NCBI GenBank assembly: GCA_964426305.1
Contig: CAYRPO010000002.1
Coordinates: forward strand, 1-33,146
From: an uncultured Candidatus Saccharibacteria bacterium
GTDB taxonomy: Bacteria; Patescibacteriota; Saccharimonadia; Saccharimonadales; CAIOMD01
DNA: 33,146 bases
Direction of reading: 5' to 3'
In this document: positions 17,016 to 23,814 of the stretch, in pieces
Position numbering within the stretch: position 1 is the first letter of the stretch
How the letters are laid out: the number at the start of each line of letters is the position of its first letter
Notes under the pieces: model-generated
What the model saw: the letters and a program-made list of their open reading frames with translations, nothing else
Told to the model about the DNA's origin: nothing
Databases searched by the model: none
Position numbers and translations under genes: made by a program

Positions 17016-17552
17016 CTAGCGTTTCTTTGCTCGGGAGGTTGTTCTTTTGGCGGGAGTATGTTTCTTTGACTTTGTCGGCACGAGCAGGGCTATGAGAATG
17101 ACGAGCAGTGCAATTGCGAGCGCCCATAGTGCGTACGCGATCGACATAGCAATCTGCCCCACCAGGCTCCATCCCCAGGCGCTGAGTAGCAGACCTCGTA
17201 GAGTTTCACCCATAAATAATGTCTGTCGTTGGCTGGCAAGTTTTTGATCGGATGTATTGTTCATCCATTCGGCGCTTACTTCGGAATATGTTTTGCCTCC
17301 AGCGATTTTTTGCAAGTGTCCACCAATATATTCAGAGAAAGCTTTTGCTTCAACTCCTGTGTCGACTTTGTGATTCGCATATGGCACAAGAGCCGAGTTT
17401 TCTTTTTCCAATGTAGCAGCGTCAGGAAATGTGATCTTTTGTGCAGCGAGCTGCTCGTGTACTGTTTGCAGGGCAAAGCTAGCTCCGATGGCGAGGCCCG
17501 TACCAACCGCCACTAGCATAATTGCCGCAACAAGCAAATATTTTTTTAACAT
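17016..17552 (-). CDS. Hypothetical membrane protein (N- and C-terminal TM helices, basic tail)
   Basis: ATG 17552 is preceded by AAGGAG. Hydrophobic segments include LLVAAIMLVAVGTGLAIGASFAL and IAMSIAYALWALAIALLVILIALLV. Confidence 0.75.
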   Translation of the reverse strand: MLKKYLLVAAIMLVAVGTGLAIGASFALQTVHEQLAAQKITFPDAATLEKENSALVPYANHKVDTGVEAKAFSEYIGGHLQKIAGGKTYSEVSAEWMNNTSDQKLASQRQTLFMGETLRGLLLSAWGWSLVGQIAMSIAYALWALAIALLVILIALLVPTKSKKHTPAKRTTSRAKKR

Positions 17553-17623
17553 CTTATGTTCTCCTTTTTGTTTTTTGTGTTGCGTATATGGGCTGAACAT
17601 AGCACAGGCACGGCAAATGCGTA

Positions 17624-17639
17624 TGTGATCTATGTCACA
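17624..17639. promoter_or_regulatory. Perfect CRP/FNR-type operator TGTGA-TCTATG-TCACA
   Basis: 16-bp site with both half-sites at consensus, 5 nt downstream of the Crp/Fnr gene stop. Its centre (17631.5) is about 42 nt upstream of the start site predicted from the -10 TATGTT (17601-17596) of the membrane-protein gene. Confidence 0.6.
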
Positions 17640-17644
17640 CTCTT

Positions 17645-18286
17645 CTAGAATAAGGCCTCAAGGGCTGGAACGCTTGGTATGCGTAGGCGACCGTCAGCAA
17701 GAGTTTCGGCAAAATTCTGATGCTTTAATTTTGTCAATTCACGGCTGACCGTTTCTCGGGCTAATCCTGTTCGGTCGGCAAGCTCTTGGGTCGTAACTCG
17801 CATAGTGACGGCACCGTCATCTTCTGTGGTTCCGAATCGTTTTGCGGTCGTTACGAGCTCAAAAAGCAGCCGATCTTGCGCAGTTCCTGACATGAGGCGT
17901 GCCATCCGCTCCAGCAGGCCATCGGTTCCGCGTTGGATACGGTCGAGTAGGTCAAGTGTCACGGTGGGCTGGGTGTGCAAAAAATCAATCACGTCTGCCT
18001 GAGGGGCAAATCGTACGGTTGTTTTGATGGCGGCTTGGTAAAAATAATGATTGTCAATGCCACTAATTGCCCATGACATCGGGAAAAAGGCAGGTTTTTG
18101 TAGTATGTTGACGATCACTTTGTCCCCCTGGCCGCTGATGTCGTAGACACGGACTTGTCCGTCGACTATATACATCACACCTTTTGGTGTTTCATGCGCT
18201 AGAATCAGGTGTTCGCCTTTGGCAAAAGTTTTTGTAGGGTAGCATGCGAAAAAACTGTCAACGAGGTCTTGGACGGATCTGCTCAT
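17645..18286 (-). CDS. Crp/Fnr-family transcriptional regulator
   Basis: N-terminal cNMP-binding-like beta-roll followed by a C-terminal HTH (TQELADRTGLARETVSRELTKLK). Confidence 0.85.
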   Translation of the reverse strand: MSRSVQDLVDSFFACYPTKTFAKGEHLILAHETPKGVMYIVDGQVRVYDISGQGDKVIVNILQKPAFFPMSWAISGIDNHYFYQAAIKTTVRFAPQADVIDFLHTQPTVTLDLLDRIQRGTDGLLERMARLMSGTAQDRLLFELVTTAKRFGTTEDDGAVTMRVTTQELADRTGLARETVSRELTKLKHQNFAETLADGRLRIPSVPALEALF

Positions 18287-18339
18287 AATACATACATGGT
18301 ATCAGCTTGTTTTGTATGTGTAAAAAATATTGTTACAGT

Positions 18340-18657
18340 ATGTTTATGACAAAGTCAGTCAAAGCCAAAAAACCAGAAAAATCAGCCGATTCGCTAAGCG
18401 ACACACAGAAGCGTCAGCTCGAACTTGGCAAGATGTTGCAGTCGATGTTCGAAATGGGCTACGTCAACAAGCGCATGACCATTACTATGAGTTTTGCCAA
18501 AGGGGTTGCGAGCGGCTTTGGTGCCGTTGTCGGTGCGACGCTAGTCTTGGCGCTTGTACTGTGGATTTTGAGTCTTTTTGACCAATTCCCTTTCGTCAAT
18601 GCCATCCGCGAAGCGCTTGAGTCCGGTTCGCCGACAACTACTCAGATACCGAAATAA
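18340..18657 (+). CDS. Small membrane protein (DUF5665-like, from memory)
   Basis: In-frame ATGs at 18340 and 18346. Lys-rich N-terminus, then FAKGVASGFGAVVGATLVLALVLWILSLF. The family assignment is recollection only. Confidence 0.65.
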   Translation: MFMTKSVKAKKPEKSADSLSDTQKRQLELGKMLQSMFEMGYVNKRMTITMSFAKGVASGFGAVVGATLVLALVLWILSLFDQFPFVNAIREALESGSPTTTQIPK

Positions 18658-18726
18658 CCCGGCTGTATACTTATACAAAAGCACATGACTTACAGGCTTT
18701 GCGTACCTGCGCCCCAAGAGCTGGAC

Positions 18727-19245
18727 TTATCTCTTTGCACTGTTTTGCCATTTGGTCAGCGCAGTATGTATGGCCATTTTGAACGAAATTTCTCTATCGA
18801 CTAATTCTTTGATGACTGAAAACGTGTATGGCTCTTTTGGTCCTGCGCCAAGATATTTTCTGATTTCGGTACCGAACTCAGCCCCATCTCTAACTTGATC
18901 AGAAACTGTTCTAGGAACCGATAGTCCTGACACGGTCGAACTATAATATGATTTGCCGTCGTAGATGCATGCCACACAAACAAGCACTGCGTTTGAATCG
19001 GTCCATGCTAGACCTGCTTCTACGCCTAATGATATATCGCCTTCTCTTGTTTGTGATGAATTCCAAGCGCTGTAGGCACGATTCTTTGCTCCTGACTCTG
19101 TTTCTGCGAGGCTAGTCGGTTGGTCGCTCACTCCACTGTTTACGTCTATTGGAACAATAACACAACTGTCGAGCAAAATATTTGCTTCATTGTCTACGTA
19201 GGTAGTTTTCTGCTTACTGACTGTACCAAGATAGATAGTCATCAT
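18727..19245 (-). CDS. DUF84/YjjX-type non-canonical purine NTP phosphatase (ITPase/XTPase)
   Basis: The pattern V..SGVSDQP....ET..GA.NRA, then GVEAGL, matches the YjjX family as I remember it (VESGVPEQP...ETRAGARNR...IEAG). It is the last gene of the operon. Confidence 0.65.
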   Translation of the reverse strand: MMTIYLGTVSKQKTTYVDNEANILLDSCVIVPIDVNSGVSDQPTSLAETESGAKNRAYSAWNSSQTREGDISLGVEAGLAWTDSNAVLVCVACIYDGKSYYSSTVSGLSVPRTVSDQVRDGAEFGTEIRKYLGAGPKEPYTFSVIKELVDREISFKMAIHTALTKWQNSAKR

Positions 19246-19249
19246 TTAC

Positions 19250-20359
19250 TTATAATACATGGTTCATTTTACTTTTTTTTGTTTCGAGATATCTTTTGTT
19301 GATTTCGTTAGGTTTGACCATGTGGGGGATTACGTCGTCAATTAATACGCCCAATTTTCGAAGCTTAATTGACTTGTCAGGGTTGTTGCTAAGAAGCCGT
19401 ATACTGCATACGCCTAAATCATCCAAAACGTCTCTTACGATGTCGTACGTGCGCATCTCTGAAGGTAAACCAAGGGCAAGATTGGCGTCTACGGTGTCTA
19501 GACCTTGACTTTGCAGTTTGTAGGCTTTGATCTTATTTATTATGTTTATGCCTCTCCCCTCTTGAAATAAATAAAACAGAATTCCGCAATCTTGCCTGGA
19601 TAGTATTTCAAGGGCCAGCTCGAGTTGCTCACCGCATTCACAGTGATTGGAGAACAATATGTCTCCAGTGATACATGAAGAATGGACACGAGTTAGCACC
19701 CCTTTGGATTGACCGACATCGCCTTTAATTAGAGCTAAGTGGTAAGAGTAGTCGACTTTGGACTGATACGCTCGCAACTCAAACAACCCATATTTTGTGT
19801 TTAACTTGGTTGATTCAACAAAATCATACATGGAATACGGTTTTGCGTTGATTCGCATACCACTCAAACAATCTGTAGCCACATTTCTTACGTTTTGTTC
19901 GCCGTCAACCTCAAAAAGCGAGCTTGCTCTTGTAGAGAGTATGGTGTCAACTTTTGTGCTATTTCTGTGTGATAAATAGTATTCATCAGTGATTTTCTGC
20001 TTGTCTTCAGCTCCCTGTCCACCGTGCAGAAGATAATTTAATGAGACATTAACTCGAATGACGGTAAGTTTAGCAATAAGTTTATCGTCAACCCACCTCA
20101 CAATTTCAGAGGCTTCGTGTGGATGAATACCAAATCCTCTGATTATTAATGTCTCATTTTCGTGAGAGCTAAGTGCTTCGCGCAGCATGGATACAAGGGA
20201 TTTCTTTTCGCCTGTACTCATGTTGTGAGTGTCGATATTTTGCTTCTTTGCAAGTTCCTCCCAAGATATAACTGGTGCGTTAAGAATTCTGCTTAATTCG
20301 TATGATAGCTCGGTCTTCCCGCTTGAAGGCGCACCTAGAAGTATGACTACGTCTTTCAC
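19250..20359 (-). CDS. Fusion protein: N-terminal P-loop NMP-kinase-like domain + C-terminal GTP cyclohydrolase II
   Basis: GTG start overlapping the upstream stop (GTGA). N-terminus has LLGAPSSGKTE. C-terminus has RVHSSCITGDILFSNHCECGEQL (three Zn cysteines of RibA), EGRGINIINKIKAY, DTVDAN and RLLSNNPDK. Confidence 0.85.
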   Translation of the reverse strand: MKDVVILLGAPSSGKTELSYELSRILNAPVISWEELAKKQNIDTHNMSTGEKKSLVSMLREALSSHENETLIIRGFGIHPHEASEIVRWVDDKLIAKLTVIRVNVSLNYLLHGGQGAEDKQKITDEYYLSHRNSTKVDTILSTRASSLFEVDGEQNVRNVATDCLSGMRINAKPYSMYDFVESTKLNTKYGLFELRAYQSKVDYSYHLALIKGDVGQSKGVLTRVHSSCITGDILFSNHCECGEQLELALEILSRQDCGILFYLFQEGRGINIINKIKAYKLQSQGLDTVDANLALGLPSEMRTYDIVRDVLDDLGVCSIRLLSNNPDKSIKLRKLGVLIDDVIPHMVKPNEINKRYLETKKSKMNHVL

Positions 20360-21360
20360 TGCAATATACCCTTTTCCGTTAGATCAATTAATGTGTCAAA
20401 ATCATTGTCCGTCCATGGATGTATGAAGCTAAATGCGAACAGAGTATGTTTTAATTTGGCTGCAAATGGAAACTGAGTGCTGTCAATCGCAGAATATGTT
20501 TTATTCCAGAAAGGCGTACATTTTTTGAAATTATTTGCGGCAAATCTGTCGTACATTGCTTGAGAGTCTGAGACTATAACAGGTAGCATAGTTGGAAACG
20601 CAACCTCGTGTGTGATCATAGACGATGCTATAGCAAGTTGATTATCATCTACGGCGCGACTTATTATCGCGAACACCTTAGAAAACTCACGCCTAACTTG
20701 TTTTGATCGTTCTTCTAACTCAGTTTTATTTGGAGCCTGCAAGTCATCATCAGTTAGTGTATAGCCGCCGTATTGGGCATATCGCGGCCCAAAAGGGTTT
20801 CGTGAATCAATACCCAGATGTATGCCACTACCTTGCGAAACAGCTCCAGTATGGTATCGACGGTAGTTTTCGCTCTCGTACTCTGCTACTTCGGATGGCA
20901 ACTGAGCAATCGGCGGCATATCTACAGGATCTTTACTCACTAGAAATGCACCATTTGGTGTTAGAAGTTGTTTACGAAGACTATATATGGCAAAGGCACC
21001 CATTGGTCGTGCCCTTTCTGTACTTAGGTCAATTAAGTTATAGGCATTATCAGTTATAACTTCTGCAAACTCGTGAGCATTGGGCAAACCAAAATAGTTT
21101 ACTATGAGCGCTTCGGAGATTGAGTCGTCTTGCCTTTGACTATGGAACAGACCATCTTTAGGATTGAAAATAACATCGTAAGGATGCATTTCAATACCGG
21201 CTTGACGTAATGCTTCTAGCTCATCACCGCACGCATAGGCGGGCACAGATAAATCCATAATACCTCTTTTTACGAGAGACTCAGCGGCCTTGTGTAATGC
21301 ATTTCTTCCAAACAGGAATGGTATTGTCTGCCTGTCATCGGCGATTCTTCGTTCTGTCAT
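20356..21360 (-). CDS. DegT/DnrJ/EryC1-like PLP-dependent enzyme (sugar aminotransferase/dehydratase fold)
   Basis: FGRNALHKAAESL...LSVPAYACGDELEALRQAGIEMHPYDV resembles the DegT N-terminal layout. YSLRKQLLTPNGAFLV resembles the SFhxxKxlttgeGG Schiff-base lysine region. ATGA overlap with the upstream gene. Confidence 0.55.
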   Translation of the reverse strand: MTERRIADDRQTIPFLFGRNALHKAAESLVKRGIMDLSVPAYACGDELEALRQAGIEMHPYDVIFNPKDGLFHSQRQDDSISEALIVNYFGLPNAHEFAEVITDNAYNLIDLSTERARPMGAFAIYSLRKQLLTPNGAFLVSKDPVDMPPIAQLPSEVAEYESENYRRYHTGAVSQGSGIHLGIDSRNPFGPRYAQYGGYTLTDDDLQAPNKTELEERSKQVRREFSKVFAIISRAVDDNQLAIASSMITHEVAFPTMLPVIVSDSQAMYDRFAANNFKKCTPFWNKTYSAIDSTQFPFAAKLKHTLFAFSFIHPWTDNDFDTLIDLTEKGILQ

Positions 21361-22217
21361 ATGATCTCCACGTCATACGTGCGAGTGAGTTGAGATGGTC
21401 TAAACTGCAATTTATGATTTCGAGTTCCTTCTTCTGTGCCCAAATCACCATCATTAATTCTTGTTTTGCCCTTAGCAAAAGCAGTCTCGAAGAGGTAAAA
21501 ATATAGATACGATGAAGCTTTTGTTGTGCCAGATCGTCTAGCGTCATTTATTCCTTTGGTGATGCATGCGATAAGAACATCGTCTCTTGAAAAGTCGTAT
21601 ATCGATATACCTGCCGGCCGGTCTCTATAGTACAGAACAACACCCTGAGTCTCTGTTGTGCTTTTGCCATGTGCTATTGCCCTCATCAATGATCCTTCCG
21701 CCTGAGACCTGTCTCGAGCGTATATGTCTGCTCTTTGACTGCGCCAAAGTTCATTTACTAGTAAGGCATCTGGCAATGTTGATGTGCTTAAAGCACGCAA
21801 GACAAAATCTGGATCCTCTAGTACCTTCTTTTTATTTCGGAGTTTGGCGTACTGGGATCCCTTTAGCTCACGCATCGTTTGAACGTCATAGAAAACTTCT
21901 TGGTCAGCTCTAATTACAGGACGCGTGCTAGACCCTCCTAGTTGGCGTATTTGTGCTACCTGTGAAGGGCTGCAGAATTTGATCCAAACAGACCTAGACG
22001 ATTCCCTTGTAGTGTCTTCATTTGGAATTGAGTGTGCCGCAATGATTTCCGAGATTGGAACAATAACCTGATGTTCGCTCTGAAAACTTAGCAACGGTCG
22101 ACCATCTTGCGACTCAATCTCAACTGGGCTATGGTCTCCTGCCAAATAATGTCCGTAGCTTTCGAATTGCTCATGTACGACTTGATCTGGATCGAATCCT
22201 ACTCTGTTAATGTTCAC
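21357..22217 (-). CDS. Hypothetical protein, possible DUF2156 (MprF C-domain/VlmA-like) aminoacyl-tRNA-dependent transferase fold
   Basis: GTG start preceded by AAGGTGAGAG, with an 11-nt overlap with the upstream gene. The C-terminal part, ...YYRDRPAGISIYDF...INDGDLGTEEGTRNHKLQFRP, recalls the ...lG.s...GL..FK.KF.P ending of LPG_synthase_C proteins. Memory-based and unverified. Confidence 0.45.
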   Translation of the reverse strand: MNINRVGFDPDQVVHEQFESYGHYLAGDHSPVEIESQDGRPLLSFQSEHQVIVPISEIIAAHSIPNEDTTRESSRSVWIKFCSPSQVAQIRQLGGSSTRPVIRADQEVFYDVQTMRELKGSQYAKLRNKKKVLEDPDFVLRALSTSTLPDALLVNELWRSQRADIYARDRSQAEGSLMRAIAHGKSTTETQGVVLYYRDRPAGISIYDFSRDDVLIACITKGINDARRSGTTKASSYLYFYLFETAFAKGKTRINDGDLGTEEGTRNHKLQFRPSQLTRTYDVEII

Positions 22218-23034
22218 AAACTCTCACCTTTCGAGGAACGAACAACGGAACTTCCAGATTAGGCATAAGTCGTGTGCGTTCAATAGCTGATTCTGACCAA
22301 AAGTATATTGCATCTGGATACCCACGGTTAATCTCAGCAGCCAAATACGGATATGCTATGGCTAGTTGTTCGGAGCGAGCATCTGACATTTCGTCGCTCC
22401 AGCCCAATAGCTCCGCATAACAGATACGGTTACGCATTTTGACAATATTTAAATCGGACGGGGAATGTTTAATGAGTTCAATCGACGTGCCTTCTTCGCC
22501 CAAAGTATCGGCAAGTGTATGTATCGAGCTTAACTTGATCGCATTAAAATCAGGTGGAATATTTTTCAGTAGATCAAGAAATGTATCATGTAAATCATCG
22601 GCGTAGCTGGTTCCCTTAAGCTCATGCAGATTTTCGAGAATTAAGTCGCTAAATAGTATTGTGATAGTTGACTTAATGTCATATTTTTTTGCAAGATTTG
22701 CAATATAGACTAGTGTATTAATATTCTCCCTTGTTTTGTTGCCAATCTTGTTGTTATAGCCATATATACCTGCACCTGTTTTGTATGAGGGGCAAAATAT
22801 GCTCACTAGCGCGAGTTTTTGTAACCCTAACCCAATTTTAATTATTTTCTTACGCAGTGCAGATTCTTGAGCTACATTTAAGTAGCCGATATTTGCAAAA
22901 TCAATGAACTCCTCGTAAAATTTCTCAGCCTGAACGAGGCGAGCATTCTCTTGTTCTGTAAACAAAATCTTTTGCCTACTAACCACCTGACCTATACCAG
23001 CGTTTGATGCAACTTGTTTGATTAAAATTGTCAT
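22207..23034 (-). CDS. Hypothetical protein (275 aa), function unknown
   Basis: ATG 23034 lies 10 nt after the tRNA CCA end. No family recognised with confidence. See the findings for a speculative cyclodipeptide-synthase-like motif spacing. Confidence 0.7.
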   Translation of the reverse strand: MTILIKQVASNAGIGQVVSRQKILFTEQENARLVQAEKFYEEFIDFANIGYLNVAQESALRKKIIKIGLGLQKLALVSIFCPSYKTGAGIYGYNNKIGNKTRENINTLVYIANLAKKYDIKSTITILFSDLILENLHELKGTSYADDLHDTFLDLLKNIPPDFNAIKLSSIHTLADTLGEEGTSIELIKHSPSDLNIVKMRNRICYAELLGWSDEMSDARSEQLAIAYPYLAAEINRGYPDAIYFWSESAIERTRLMPNLEVPLFVPRKVRVCEH

Positions 23035-23044
23035 AATATTCTCT

Positions 23045-23120
23045 TGGAGCCCGAGGACAGACTTAAACTGCCGACCTGATACAAACCATGTATCCGCTCT
23101 CTCTTCTGAGCTACTCGGGC
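23045..23120 (-). tRNA. Non-canonical tRNA-Thr(GGU)-like gene with encoded CCA
   Basis: The reverse complement folds as GCCCGAG-TA-GCTC-AGAAGAGA-GAGC-G-GATAC-ATGGTTT-GTATC-AGGTC-GGCAG-TTTAAGT-CTGTC-CTCGGGC-T-CCA. That is 76 nt with all four stems intact and anticodon GGT. The D loop lacks GG, the T loop is TTTAAGT, and position 37 is T. Confidence 0.8.
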
Positions 23121-23133
23121 ATATCGTGTGGAA

Positions 23134-23811
23134 CTATATAACTTTTACTTCCCTCGCCGCAACGCTTACGTCCAAAATATCACCAAGTTCCGACAGCACA
23201 ACTTCTGGTGGCTTCGAAGTGGTGTCGATATGGCTTATGGCAAAACCAGACATTTGTAGATGACTGAATAGCCTCGGCACCGTCTCGGTATAGTCAGTAA
23301 ACCTTCTTTGAAATGATACTAGCTCATCATCGGTTCGGGCTGTGACGGTATTGCTACCACATCTGACACACGTGATCATGTCCGGTGCTTGCATATCGCA
23401 TTTTTGACAAATGCGACGCGAAGATACCCTTTGCGAAGCCTGTTCGAGGTCAACGTCAAATACTGCAACTGTGCCCGGAATTATATCGGGACGACTATTC
23501 AGCATATCATCGAGTATCTTTAGCTCTCGAGGCCACTTTGGAAAACCGTCGAATACTATATTTTCGGCTACGCATGAGCTGAGCGATCGTTCAATAATAC
23601 GAGACATGATACAACGTGGGTATTCTCTGACGGTCTCAAGATACGCACGCATGCGCTTTGACAGAGCTGTATCTTGTCTCAGTTCGTTTCTGAAGAGTGC
23701 ACCGACAGAAACATAGTCAATCTCTTGGCCGTCTATCCCTTCTATGGCCGTTGTTTTGCCAGAACCTGGAGGACCATAGAGAATATGGACTTTTTGGAGT
23801 GACTCACTCAT
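23134..23811 (-). CDS. Adenylate-kinase-family protein with zinc-type LID (divergent paralog)
   Basis: GPPGSGKTT (canonical Adk has GKGT), VSVGALFR, VFDGFPKWPREL, LID CQKC...CVRCGS, and RTDDELVSFQRRFTDY. Confidence 0.8.
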   Translation of the reverse strand: MSESLQKVHILYGPPGSGKTTAIEGIDGQEIDYVSVGALFRNELRQDTALSKRMRAYLETVREYPRCIMSRIIERSLSSCVAENIVFDGFPKWPRELKILDDMLNSRPDIIPGTVAVFDVDLEQASQRVSSRRICQKCDMQAPDMITCVRCGSNTVTARTDDELVSFQRRFTDYTETVPRLFSHLQMSGFAISHIDTTSKPPEVVLSELGDILDVSVAAREVKVI

Positions 23812-23814
23812 AAT

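Noticed and set aside
18318-18338. Possible Crp/Fnr autoregulatory site TGTAA-N9-TTACA in the crp/DUF5665 divergent region
   Set aside because: The half-site spacing (9 nt) and sequence do not fit TGTGA-N6-TCACA, and the region is A+T-rich so short palindromes are expected by chance.
23045-23120. The tRNA as the attachment site of an integrated genomic island covering 18727-23044
   Set aside because: No integrase or recombinase lies anywhere in the operon. The only distal similarity to the tRNA 3' end is a gapped, weak match (GAGCTGGACTTA, 18718-18729, against GAGCCCGAGGACAGACTTA). Composition downstream of the tRNA is patchy rather than uniformly foreign. The 10-nt spacing to the next ATG argues for co-transcription. 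It is kept only as an alternative to test.
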